NCBI GenBank assembly: GCA_030141605.1
Contig: JAQGDQ010001111.1
Location: 1-62,097 of the forward strand
Source: Tubiluchus corallicola
Lineage: Eukaryota; Animalia; Priapulida
DNA length: 62,097 bases
Direction of reading: 5' to 3'
Shown: one piece after another, positions 38,034 to 51,945 of the stretch
Layout of the letters: every line of letters starts with the position of its first letter
Position numbering within the stretch: position 1 is the stretch's first letter
Notes under the pieces: generated by a model
Databases searched by the model: none
What the model saw: only the letters and a program-made list of their open reading frames with translations
What the model was told of the DNA's origin: nothing
Translations under genes and position numbers: made by a program

Positions 38034-41000
38034 CTATAGTTTTGTCATGTCAATTTGACTACTCTCAAACGTGTCCTTACTTCGAGTTACACTTCCATTT
38101 GGTATGCCACCATTAGCTCTACCATTAGCAGCACTTTCCCCAACTTCAATTTCTTCTGCTAGAAGTTCGCTGCGCTTGCTGCATAATTTATCCGTGAATG
38201 GTATGACCAAGCAGAGTGGACAAGAAGCAATCAATAAAGAACCCATCACAATATAAGAAGTGGACACTGAACCTGTGTTGTCATATATTGATCCTAAAAA
38301 CAAAAATGCAAAATTTAAGGATATCAGTAGGGTACAGCTTTTTAAATCTGCTTAGATGAATCATTGTGCAGTCACAAATTGTCAAGATTTTACTCAAGTT
38401 TGTAATATCGTATGACTGATAGGTAGTGACTAATGAGTAGCTAAACTTATATAGAGATAGGTTACATACTGTAGCATATTGGCGGATGTCTCAAAGGTTA
38501 AGCTGTGATGTGTGTTTGTAAAAATAACCTTCAGACAAAACATAATGGTGTTTTTCAGAGATCTAGACGTGTATCTAGATGGCTTTGCTGTTCTTTAGTA
38601 TTGTCATTGAAACAATCTGTGCTATAGTGACACGTCTCTTTTTCTCCTACTAGGCTACCATTAACTTACCAACCGATCGACCTACCGACGGCTGACCGAC
38701 CGCCTAACCAACCAATCAACTAAATGCACTTTGGTACATTTACCTGTAACAGCCGGTGCAATAAGTACAATTACTGCCTCAGCAAGTAGCAGTGCTGCCA
38801 TTCCATCTCCAAATCTTGAAGCACCCAGAATGTCAACCAAAATTGGAAGTCCCAAAGACCCGATTCCACCCATCAAGATACCCAGCAGAAATGCGTAGGA
38901 TAGTAGTAACCAGTCTGTCTCGATTGCTCCTACGAACAGCATCAGAATTCCAATGATAAGGTTGAATGTTGCCATCATCGAAAACCTTCTAATGGCAGAG
39001 CGACAACATGATTGGTCCCATAAGATGGCCCAAACAATACGAAAAATGGTCTCGGAGAAACTCAGCACTGATATGACGTAAGCACCTTCAATATTGCCAC
39101 CTTCTATTTCTGTTGCTTTTACACCTAACCATATGTAATTCTGAACTATGGATAGCGTAGGCCCAACAGCCGCTAGTGTCATCAATATGAACTTAGTATC
39201 CCGAAGAATTTCCCAGTGAAATTTGAATGTTTTCACCGAAGTGCCAATACTGCTTGCATCGTCATTATCATTGTTCTCTTCACTGACTACACTCTGTAAT
39301 TTCGGTGCTGGCTTCATTAAAAGCCCCATTGCAAAAACGTTTAAGGTGATTCCACCACAGATGAGAAACGCCCCTTTGTAATTATAGGCGTCCAGCAGAC
39401 CTTGAATTAGCACTGGAAAGGTAAAAGAGCCTACACCAGCACCCAGGGATGCTATTCCCAATGCCATTGACACTCGTTTTCTGAAGTATCTTGGAATTAT
39501 TGAAATGGACGGATTCAGTATGACGCCTGATCCAGCGCCTGTAATGACAAACAACAACACTTCTTTTATTTAGCTGATAAGTTTATCAACATGGCTTAAA
39601 TTACGAATGATTAAACTATTATTTACAGGGTAAGTTATTAGAGTTGATTTCAGATGTGTTGTGATCACGATAGACTGTGTGGTTTGGTTGTCATGGCGTT
39701 GAACTTGTTGGGTTTGGAGTTTAAATCCCTCTAAACCCACTCTACATTTTTTCAGTCACCTTTGTTTTAATTAGCCCAGGATGCGAAGCATTTGGATCCA
39801 CTACTATTGAGTTTTTTGTCTAACTGCCTGGACATGCCATTTGGAATGATATTTATTGTTATAATGTAATCCGTTTCTTCGTGAATACGTCATTTAAAAT
39901 GACGTTTATCATTGCCATAGATTCCGTTTTAGTGTAAAAATTTAGAATACAGAGTTGCTGTATTACGACGTGGCAATATAAAACTGACTAAAAGTTATTG
40001 CAAGAACAACGAAAACGAAAAAGTGTCGAAACAAACCACTTTTAGAGTTATTTCGTAATTATAGAGTTATTTTGTGATTTCATTATTAATCCGTAATATT
40101 CAAAATAAGAGTACAAAAACAATGAATAATGTCATTGGGCTTAAATGTTTGTGATATTTCTTTGTAAATTTGATATTTCTTTATGGCAAAAATGTTTTCT
40201 TGGAAGTACCAAAAAAGACAAATGCAAGGCATCTGCCTCTATCAAAAAGTTGTAGTGCATGTATTCTTTTGCTTGTGAAGCTGGTCAGAGGAAGGCATGT
40301 CAGGCAAACAGACGCAAGTAAAATAAGTTAAAAGGGCTTCAGAAAGGTCGGCGCGTGCTGTTAACAAAGCTTCTACCCAATATTACAGAACACATTGAAT
40401 TATAACATTGTAACGTGTTCAGTTTTCCAAGGTTTCTTCAAAATCGACTGGCGAGGCTGAACGGCTCCTATTTTTAAGTGAAAGTCACAGTTGAAAAATT
40501 TAACGAATACATTGTTCGCGAGTATAATTAAAGTTAAATCAAGAAAACAGTAAAGCTCACTTACCAAATATAATACCATAAGTCAATATTAAGACCCATA
40601 AGCTGTTGGCAAAGAAAGAAAGAATGAGACCTCCTCCTCCAAAAAGCGCTCCTGCACAAATTATCTTTCGGTGACCATATTTGTTCACCAAGGCACTTCC
40701 GATGGGAGCTATTTATAAAAGAAATAAAAGTTAAATAATTATATATGTTACATTATTCGAAATGTCTGGTAATATCCAGGATTAGTAGAACCAGAAACAT
40801 TAATTTGTAGCACATAACAGCTGAAAGAAACTTGTCAGCAAAAAAGTGTTATAAGGAGGTACTGTGACTGTATCAAAATAATCCAAATTTTGTTGAACAT
40901 TAAGTAGTTTGCAGTAAAATTCACGACATTGATACAATCTAAATACATCTTATTATGCCAAGCAATATCTCATGCAACAGTAATCGCGTACGGCCTAATA

Positions 41001-42892
41001 CATTTTCAAGAAGACCGTCAAATATGATGTAAATTAATAAAAATGTAACTTAAATTTTTAGCAATATTAATTTTGGCTAGTATTAAACAATGAATACGTA
41101 TCTTTAGCAGATAAACACGATTGACTTTTCCGAAGCGCCTACAAGTTCTTCGATCACCGAGCACGTGGTTTGTAACTTCCACAACGAATGGCTCGGTACC
41201 AAGAACTGACCAGCGTTACAAACATTTAATTTTGTGTTAATTTTATCTTGTAGGACAGAACATTTAAGTTCAGCATTATGGGTGTCTGTTTAGTGTTTAA
41301 AGATCTATAACTGCTAATGATAGTGATAATAATAATGATAAAGATTATGACAAAGATGATGATAGTGATAATGATAATCATAATCATAAACATAATCATA
41401 ATCATAATCGTAATCGTGATCGTGATCATGATCATGACCATGATCATGATCATGATCATAATCATCATCATAATCATAATCATAATCATAATCATAATCA
41501 TAATCATAATCATAATCATAATCATAATCATAATCATAATCATAATCATAATCATAATCATAATCATAATCATAATCATAATCATAATCATAATCATAAT
41601 CATAATCATAATCATAATCATAATCATAATCATAATCATAATCATAATCATAATCATAATCATAATCATAATCATAATCATAATCATAATCATAATCATA
41701 ATCATAATCATAATCATAATCATAGTCATAATCATAATCATAATCATAATGAAACCAACGCAAAAACATTCAATATCTTTTGGAATGTTGTTGTAACTCC
41801 TGTTGCTTATCTCTTTTTGTTGCTAAAATTTTAAAACTATCAAATCTCCACATTTCTGGACTTTTCGAAAAACTTTTTAGTCCAAAAAAGAGAGAAAAAA
41901 GAAGAATACTGCAACCGACCTCATAGTTAAATATAGAGCTAAAAACTGCAGCAGATACGAATTTTACAGCTTTACATATTACATTCCACGATGAACATTA
42001 CACTAAAAATAATTATCATAAAAATGTTTTAAAAATACATGACTTTAAACTGATTAACAGACAGAAGTTGTCTTGGAAAGGTGTTTCATAGTTGTGGATC
42101 ACAGTGCGCAATAGTCCTCTCACTGCATTGCTCGGAAAGTCGGACTTGTTCACTAAATACTGGGCGGAACGCTTGCCGCACATGAATCACAGTAACCCTG
42201 CACTTAAAGTAAATACTGCAGCCTGTGTTTTACAAAAGGTAATGATTACCGCCTAATATTTGTCAGCCAGCTAGCGTCAACAATGTACCTTTGTGCCGAG
42301 CTTGCTGTCAACACTAGGTTTCTTTAAAGCATTACTTTACTTATAAACTGGAATATTTAGACCAAATACGATTAAATATCTGATTATCTACAAATACTGA
42401 CGCTTTATCGGTGTTACCTATGTAAGAACCGAGAAAGCATTTTCCAACCAAACTCATCACTAAGATGATGATGCCGGCTGTAGCTGTGAAAGCAGCAATG
42501 GGATAGTGACAATAGTCGTATAATGGTAACAATGGTGGTGTAATGTGTATGTCTAATATCGAAATTGGTGATGATGACGACGATGATGATGATGATGTCG
42601 TGTTGACAAAAGGTATAACAGTAGAATATACTTTAAACGTTTATTGATACAGAAGTTTCCACAGAAATACAGCTAAAATGATGTCTGCATATAATGTCTT
42701 GTAAAAGCCAACTGCTAGTACAGAATATAGCAAAACTAGAGCAACCGTTCACTATTAGGTTAACCCATTTCTAGAATAGGTAACAGATAGATAGAAGCCA
42801 TATGTACTACAGTAATAGCGGTTTTACAGGCTATTAATCTAATTGCAAATTAAATGTATTTTTTTTATGATTTTCGGTCGTTCACAACGACA

Positions 42893-42977
<85 letters not shown>

Positions 42978-43888
42978 TTGATAATAACTATTGCAAGGAT
43001 GACCGTGTTAGCAGTTTCTGTAATGGAGTGTGGTGGTGATGACACAGCATGTCTCTTAGTGACAATAAGTGACAGGTGATGATAATTTCATTTTTTATTT
43101 TTATATAGTATATAGAAGTAATAGTCGATAGTAGTAGTTGTAGTAGTTACTGTAGCAGTAGTACTAACTTTACTGTCATTAAGAACAAAAATATTACTTT
43201 TATGACAAAGACATATGTATAACGCGCAATATTGCGAAGGACACAAGCTGGATTAAAAATGTAGCAGTAAAAAATTAAACGTAACAAGGAATACCTTAAA
43301 AGGTGTTGCAAAAATGTTAACCAACTTGATAATATATCAATTTACAAGTGTAGGCTCAGAATGTCTCTTATGAATTTTACGCAGGTGAGATGGTCAATTT
43401 CGGTAACGGCAAGTTATAATTTGGTGCGCAGTGATGATGATACTGATTACGCTGACAAACATGTGCCATGGTGATGATGACGGCATTGTAGATAATGTCG
43501 ATGATGTTGACAATGATGGTGCTCATGCTGTTCATCTCGCCAGCGATGATGCTTGTGGTGGATTAACTGCAATGTTGGCAGAAGTGACAATGACAAAAGT
43601 GCCATGCAAATTTAACATTAAATTTATGTTTAAAGCTAAGGTTATTGACCAAAACTTACAAGCAGCAAATGTAAGAGCATAGGCGATTCCACTAACAAGT
43701 CCAGCTTTTGCGGCTTCTGTCTCAAAAGCCTCCGTTAGGGGCAGCAAAAGAACACCGAACGACTTCAATTGTCCACTGAGAATTAAGCGGATTACGAAAG
43801 CAGCAACCACACACACCCATCCATAACCACCATCCAATACAGGCTGTCCAGAGTCATTGTGTTCGAGAATGCTCTTCATTTTTGGCAT
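38034..43888 (-). CDS. SLC16/MCT-family transporter, paralog D (475 aa predicted)
   Basis: Exons 43660-43888, 40565-40708, 38744-39538, 38034-38293; 1428 nt open. Motifs DGGYGW, YFRKRVSMALGIASLG, TM8 SETIFR. Confidence 0.93.
41317..41750. repeat. (ATAATC)n hexanucleotide array with degenerate left flank
   Basis: About 430 bp, perfect from about 41470 to 41722; explains the poly-MI, poly-DY and poly-I ORFs. Confidence 0.97.
42892..42978. repeat. (GAT)n microsatellite
   Basis: Perfect trinucleotide run in intron 1 of paralog D. Confidence 0.97.
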
Positions 43889-45956
43889 ACACTAAAATTG
43901 TACTTTGTGACCCGTTCTTTTCAAGTTCAGATTTCATGAAAGTAAGGAGACGTTTCTTTCAATTTCATACCAGTTATCGAAAATCATATTCGTCTCTAAA
44001 CAGGAAGAAGTTAATTACTGTAATTCCAAAATTGGATGCGCACTTCTACATCAACGTAACCAAATGTCATTGTGTATTAACATTTTGTTTGATTATTATG
44101 TTGACTAATGACTTTAGACCTTTGTACCACAATTATTAACCTACACGTATTTAGGCATGCGCAAAGTGATCATGACTTGAGAAATTTATAACGAAGCGAA
44201 AAATTACAACTGCTGGAAAAACTGCCACCAGTTTTATGACCAATCGATAAAATCATGAACGAAAACACTTCCTTGGTTTTAACAGTGTTAATGTATATCT
44301 GCTGATATGATTTTAGAGCTTGTACTTTGATTAACCTAAATATTGTGTCAGTTATTTGGTGCAAGTGTACCGATGTTTACACGATACACGCGCATTCGTA
44401 TTTGCTTGAGAATAACACTAGGAAGTAAATAAGGGTTGACTATCCAGTTGCTCTCCACTTAATACGTTTCCGTTTTCTTCAAGGCGCATTAAGTTTTTGT
44501 CTGTACTGGCCGTTTCATCAGCTTGAATTTTTGAATCTAACGTAATCGCGGCGGCCAATGCCCCATAAAATTATGGCGTCGAGAACCTAGATTATAGCGC
44601 TATGTGCTGGAATCCAGTGGTAGAATTTAGAATTATTTGTTTATTCGGAATCAAGTCAATAGAACACAAACACAAATTTATAAGGATAAAAACAATATTA
44701 AAAACTAGCTTAGAAACTCATTTACAGTATAATACACGGGTGTGATTATGCACTCACTAACAAAATCGTTCTCCATTTGCTAAAATAAAGATCTACTGAT
44801 GTTTTTCAACAAGGTGTTAAAAACATTTTGCAGTTTCATTGATGCTCTCAAAATGTGATTTAAATGTATTTGGCAGTTACTTTTAGGGAAGCCCTCTATC
44901 TTGCGCACCAATTTTGAAACTTAAAAGTGACCAATAAGTGATCACCAATAAACCATCAATAGATTTCGGCACTCAAACATTTTGTACGCGAGATATAATA
45001 CAAATATCGGTCAGCTTCTAGATTATATCATTTCGCGCAACAACTAAATTACATCTCTGGGTCGTCGCCTAAGACCGTGCAATTGAGAGTGCCGTACATT
45101 ACAGACCATTAAATGTCGTATGTATTTATGAACCACATCATTAATCCAGCTTGTCTCTTTGCTTTGGGCTACCCCATCTGATTTTTTAGTTTCTTTAGAA
45201 TTCTGCTTTAATGATGTCTAAATAGACGTAACGACCAATGTTACGCTATGCAATTAGGTCTATAATTATTAATTAATATGATAGTTCAAATGCCCTAAAG
45301 TATTCTTTTCTTCCGTTCTGAGTATACAAGTTTTCAACGGGTTATCTTTTTGTACCAAAATTACAGTTTGCGTGCAAACTAAAAATCTGCCTATTATTTT
45401 GCACTGAGGAAATTAACGACACCTGTGGTACTCCGTTGTCGACGGTATGCTATAATGGTATTTTATTTCAAATTAATATTAAGAAAGTGTATATTCAGTC
45501 TCAGACACGACATTCTCAATAGCAATAATGCGGTTTTTCACAATTTCATGTTATGTGTAGATATAGGTTATAATACACACTACGATATTATGGATACTTG
45601 GATATTATGAGATTGGGACAATGTACTACGTGGTTTGTACTTTATATATAAGTATTTTTGTTAAACAAACATCAGTGTGGTATTATATTCTGCCTCTTAT
45701 TTGTTGTGTGCATTACTGTATCTACATTATTATATGTATATTGCTGTGTTTTTGTATTTTTTTGTAAAATTTTCAAATAGTCCTAGTTGACGGAATAGAT
45801 AATATAAACAGATAAACAATTAGTATGCTGACAAAAAATGCGCATAGCCCAATACGTTTTCTTCGCTTATTAATTAATTAATTACACAGACTAGCAAAAA
45901 AATATAAAATGTCTTTCATAAATACTAAAGAACTATAGTTACTTTTGTAATTTGAA

Positions 45957-48900
45957 TTAGAAATTTGTTATATAGCAAAAATCTGGTTCATCTGTTTCTA
46001 AAATTATGCTATCTGTCAGTTGAGCCGTTGAAGGTGTGTTATGGCGCAGCTCTTGTATTGTTTTATTGCTGTTCTGCTGCCCTCTGTCGAAGAAAAATAG
46101 TAGTAAAGAAACTGGACATCCTGTGATGTACATAGATCCCAGTAAGTACAGCGATGATGATATAGTACCAGTAACGTCAAACAGATAACCTGACAAAATA
46201 AAAAGCATGACATTCAAACAACTTAGAAGTTTTATAATACGTCAGATTAGGCTCATATAAGCTCCATTTATAACTCTTTAGCAATTTTAGCTTAAAATTG
46301 TCCGAACTTTTAAGGCTATATAAAGGAAGCTCTCGAATTTAGATGAGAATTTTGATGAAAACGATAGAACTTCGATAAACAATACAGAAATTAAACGGCG
46401 TAAATTAAAATTATTGAAATGTTTATGACTACGATAAGGTTAACGAATCATAAAGCTGATTAGCGAGAACCAGTATTAAATAGCTGAAATTTCAAATTCA
46501 TGTATGTAAACCTTTAAGGAGCCGCGAATGTACGTTGCTTATTCAGAACTGGCCTAGATTTCATGATGAAAAGATGTCGTTTCTCCTGCCTATTTCAAAG
46601 GATGCTCCTAAATTGTTCTAATCTCATGATATGTACGTACAAGTGCCGACTCTGCCAACAATACACGCAGGCCAGTTCTGCCAATACATGCAAGAAACGT
46701 CGTCTTTACACTAGAAAACATAGCAGAACACTGTAACGGACAGTAAGCTACACACCACCCAAGCTGTAGTGTTGACGTTCAATTATTGACTTCAATGTCT
46801 AGTATCAAAATAAATTAAACCTCTGTGTGCATATTTGCAACAGTTTTGAAAGGATGAAGTTCCTTTCGCTGCGAAATCTAGGCAGTTCTGGACACGCAAT
46901 TTTCAGCCTAAGGTCCTAGTACAGCCTTAAATACTTCAGCTTTTCAAGAATGGCCCTAGTCTTCATGATTTATACGTGTTTGGTGATTTGTAATAATGAT
47001 GTTAATTATTGCGACGCCCTTAGAAGGAACGACGTAATTTTGTAGTTTAAATTTCACAAACGGTTCTCTTAATTTGGCTTTATACTGAAGACAATTTTCA
47101 ATATACTCAAGAAAGACTTTTCACATTAAAAGTGCATCGATCAGCTAAAAGTGTAAACGCGTTTTAAGGTTCATTAAATGTAACAAAAATGCTGAAATCC
47201 TGATTGCACAACAAATCACAAAATTCGTCATTATGTAACAATTTTACAATATTATGTGGCGGGCATTATGTAACAAAAATGATGCAACAGCCTAATAACG
47301 TAGGGTTTGTAGTGGTCTGTGATTGGCTTTATCACGGTCTGGGTTTATCTAATAATTGGACAGTGTCTGTTTCTTGTATTATCCATGACATAGAAATAGA
47401 TGGTCGTCACAAACGAAAAAGGGTACTTTTATCTTTACTTCTTAGTCATGTTGTTGGGGATGTTCTTGTACACACATATCTTTATCTTTATCTTTGAAAG
47501 CCAACACAGGCCACAGGTTCCACAGTAAAAAGTTGAAATTTCGCACTGACTAATCTGCAGGCTATAGGACTGTAGGGGGCCAGAGTTTCAAGTCCCCATA
47601 TAACAACCGCTATGACGTCAGCACTACTTCCGATTCCAAATAAAGTACCTCTATAAAATTATGAGACCTATAGAGAATCGATCTAGGTCTGCACCTCAGT
47701 TGGGATCCTTCTCGATAGAGAGACTCGTTTAACCAGATGCCCTGCCCGAACCTAGTCAGGGAGGTTGCGGGTTCAACTCCCGACCGACTCATACTAAAGG
47801 CTAGAAACACGGTAACGATAGCTCTTCGGCCAAACAGGCGGTTAACAATGATCGGGACCACCTTGGAAACAAGTATTTAGTTATTTCAGGTGTTATCCGT
47901 AAACTATGCCCTAAAGGAAATTATTTTTAATTATTATTATTATTATAAATGGTATAAATGTGGGAAAAATACGTAAGGTAACTGTACATTAAATAAAAGA
48001 CTATTGCTATTACCTATGACATCATCAGTCTTCTAAAAGTCATAATTGTTCGTACCTGCAATAACCGGTAAGATAATCATCAGAATTGCTTCAAAAAAGA
48101 GAACGGCACCCAGTGCATTTCCAAATTTGGCAGGACCCACGATGTGTGCAAGCAAAGGAAGAAACAACGAAACCACTGCACTCATTAAAACGCCCGTTAC
48201 CAACACTGCTGAAATGAATTCAACATCTGTGGTTGACAGTCCAATGCAGGTTATGGATATACCAACCAGTGTGGTAAATAAGGCTATCAGCAACTCTCTT
48301 ATGCAGCTATCACGAAAAATTGAGATGTCCCACAGAAACGCCCACAAAAGTCTGGTACCAACGTCTCCAAGAGCCAGTGCGCTTACGGACGCAGCGCCAC
48401 TGATCATAATTTCTTCTGATTCTTCAGATTTAACTGGCAACAGCGAATAAATCTGGAAATATCCCATACCCGAAAACGTCAACAGCATGAATAAAATGAA
48501 GCGTTTATCTCGGAATATTTCCCAGTGAAATTTAACCTGTTTTTCTTTTTTTATTTCTTTATCTGGTTTAAGGTTTTCTACGTTGTTTGTAGTCGTGTGA
48601 TTTTGATGTTGCTTGTCATTTGAAGATGTTTTCGGTTGCTTTACAAACAGCCCCAATGCACATACATTAAAAACAATCCCACCAGATATCAACAAAGCTC
48701 CAGTGTAGCTAAATTCATTGTAGAGGTAGTCAACAATAAAGGGAAACGCTGCTCCGCCAGCTATTGATCCCATTGCTATTAATCCCAAGGCAAATGACAG
48801 CCTTGTCTTGAAATAAAGAGGTATAACTGAGATAACTGGATTGAAGGTTAGTCCACAGCCAAAACCTACAAACGAGAGGATTTACAGAATACAGTTACAA

Positions 48901-50421
48901 AGTTTTAATATCAAAGCCCAATTAGAAACGTCTGAACTGTTTAAAAAAACTTGCAGTATCGATCTTTGGTAAAATTTCTAAATCAGCTTTCTTAAAACAA
49001 GGTTTCGATTTAAATAGATAAAATATTTATTCGGAATTAGAAAAAAGTGTTATTATATTATTCGAAGTCGACAACCATATTTAGTATAACAATGACGATG
49101 ACGACGACGACTACAACAACAACGATGACGACGACGACGACAACAACAACAATAATAATTACATTACAGAGGTCTAATAATAAAACATAGTATGCAAGCC
49201 TATTAAATTGTAAAATGTCGTGACGTTTACTAACCTTAAATTCTATTATTTTTTACAGGAAATATTGTGAATGTTATGAAGTTGATATGTTTTTGGAACT
49301 GTAAATAAGTACCTTATGATGCTTATTGTTTATTCGTTTCATTCACTATATACAGGAATCACCAAACTGGACAACAGATATTAACAATAAACCTAGCAAG
49401 AACAATCATTTAGGTACATTTAGTTTGACACAACGTCACTCCGTTCTTATCTGAGCAGAAAACAAGCAAACGAACCAAAAATTAAATTCAAGTTCTCGAC
49501 ATGATACCAGATTTCATTCTTGTTCTCCACATGGTAACAACAATAATGACAACCGCAACGACAACGACAACCACAACCACAACCGCCATAGCGGTTTGTG
49601 ACGCTTTGTTAGTTGGCGACAGTCAGTCGCTGAAATTGTACGTTGAAATCAAATTGATAATTTGTTTTTGGTGGATTTCTCCATAATAAGTAATAATTAT
49701 GCTGTTGTAAGAGTAGCGGATGATTACACAGTAGGCCAAAAAGTTAGGTTCATTATCAGTTTATTTTTTAATGCAGTCCTTGTCTACTACATAATTTTGC
49801 ACGAAACTATCGCAGTTTCTGCGGGGCTGTACTGTACTCACCAAATAAAAATCCATAGGTCAAAAACAAGAACCAAAGGTCCACGTCAAAATAAGATAGT
49901 GCCAATCCACTTCCTGCCAATACTCCTCCCAAACAGATCAAGTATGAATGGCCAAATCTGTGCACCAACGCGCTGGTCACTGGGGCTGTAGAGAATATCA
50001 ATCATAACAGTTGACGAACCGTGATTAGTTATAGCAAAATAACTATTTTTGAAAAGTTTTAAATTCAAAGTTTCCAGCAAATTATTATTATTATTATTCG
50101 TCTGAAGGACTCTTTTAGTTAGTGTTCAGGGTGTTATGCCTACGATAGTTATAGGTGTGTGGCCACTACTACAGGTTTATAAATTACTGAAATGATGTAG
50201 CCAGTATATTACTTACACATTGCAAAGGATACTGCATAGGTGATTCCATTGATCCAGACAGTTAACGCTGCTGTACTGTCAAACGCATTCATCAGAGGGG
50301 TAAGAAGAATTCCGAACGATCTTTGTTGACCCGACAGAAGAAACCGGATCAGAAAACCGGCGACGACGCACACCCACCCATAGCCTCCCTCTCTCGCTAC
50401 CCTGTCGCTTTTACTTCTCAT
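45957..50421 (-). CDS. SLC16/MCT-family transporter, paralog E (463 aa predicted)
   Basis: Exons 50217-50421, 49842-49985, 48056-48865, 45957-46189; 1392 nt open. Motifs EGGYGW, YFKTRLSFALGLIAMG, TM8 GDVGTR. Confidence 0.93.
47722..47865 (+). mobile_element. tRNA-derived SINE relic in intron 3 of paralog E
   Basis: B box GGTTCAACTCC (47770-47780) in ggaggttgcgggttcaactcccgaccgactcatactaaag; GC-rich island within an AT-rich intron. Confidence 0.55.
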
Positions 50422-51689
50422 GTAGCAATACTTTAGTTAACGTGAAGTAGTTAAAAATACAGACCGTTGTCATCAGCTTACAACGACACACATGACACAA
50501 TTTTGTTTTCTTTGCATATTATATGTGTGCCATACGACAGAGTAATCAGCTTTCAAATCTGGACCCAGCTAAATACCTTTTCTAATTGATTGCCAGTAAT
50601 TAGTTTAAATGCGATTGTAAGACAACACCGAAGAAATTTCTAGGTTAAGACAGTAAAGGACACATGTTAATGTTGAAAAATTTTGTTTAAAAATTTTGAT
50701 TGATAATGATTGGTATCAAAATCGAATCCGCCCTGCTAGGTTTGTAATTGTGCCATCTATAAATGTAAATAACTTTGGCTAAAGGTGAAGTGTGTCCAGT
50801 GTTTATAACTAGATCTTATAGTAAATATTATTGCCACAGCTATAGCTACGTAGAGTCTTCGAAAAAAAACTCGTTGTATTCGTGTTGTACCACCTTCGAT
50901 TATAACTAACTAATTTGTCTTTTACGATTAGTATTTTTGTATTTTTGCCACTTGTTCTACGTCTAATTGTCTATAATGTCAGGCCTGTAATTAGTAATGA
51001 TTTGGATAAACAAGAGGACCGGATTTTAATTACAAGATCTCGCTAAATGAAAGATTGGCTGCACAATCGTGTATAGAATTAACACCAGTTTGCCATTGTT
51101 ACATGCGTGAAATATGTAAATACGCATAACATAAATACTGAATTTAAACTAAAAATCACAGTAAATTTAGGGTTGTTAATGACATTAGACCTTTACGGAA
51201 GAAGCTTTATTGAGTTTCTACAGTTTTCATTTATTCAAACTATCATATAATAATGTACAAAAATCAGTTACAATACTACAGGGAAAAGCTACAGTTACTA
51301 CTATATTCATGCCAAAAGATTTGTGACACACGAAGGTAATTTATAATTTGAAGAATGGAATAGGGTGTGGACGAATAAGAAGTGCAGTATTAATGTGATG
51401 TAAAGCGGAGAAAGCGGAGAAAGGTCAGTGTTTTGCGGATAAAATGAATGGATCAAATCAAATAAATATTACGCTGGACAATACACATCAGACTGTTTTG
51501 TGCATTGACTAGATTACGAGAATAATGTATAAAGATTATATTACTAGAAGCTGCGAATTGCATGTCGTTTGTAAGTCACGCACGGTAAAAAACATGTCTA
51601 CAATTATTTGACGCAAATTGTCTCCGATAGACATTTTCTCTCACATATTCGATAGACATGTGTGAAGCATTTTCACTGGACTGATATAG

Positions 51690-51945
51690 TTTTGTCTGAC
51701 TCAAATTTTTGTTCTGAGTCCAGCAGACGAAAGCAAGCTCAGTTTGTCTGAGGACAGAAAATTGTGCAGGTTTAATAAAAGCCAGTGTGCGACAAGATTA
51801 GTAAAACAGCGTTTACTGAGTCCATAGACGAGCTAAAATCCCTCTCAAACAACATGTTGTAGACAGATTTCGCTTCCTGGGTAACCGTCTGTCCGGCTGA
51901 ACCACGCAGGCACCGTAAGCAGGTAAGAGCACAAATACATACGCA
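51690..51945 (+). repeat. Interspersed repeat, copy 2 (copy 1 at about 34160-34372)
   Basis: Same collinear blocks, including exact accgtctgtccggctgaac. Confidence 0.75.

Noticed and set aside
39670-39740. tRNA-like A/B boxes in intron 2 of paralog D
   Set aside because: Both boxes are degenerate and no cloverleaf forms; no functional tRNA gene is supported anywhere in the window.
41317-41750. CRISPR-like or telomeric array
   Set aside because: Simple hexamer without spacers, in a eukaryotic intron; not a TTAGGG-type repeat.
16305-43079. Poly-M, poly-D, poly-I, DY- and MI-repeat ORFs
   Set aside because: Translations of microsatellites in introns or intergenic DNA.
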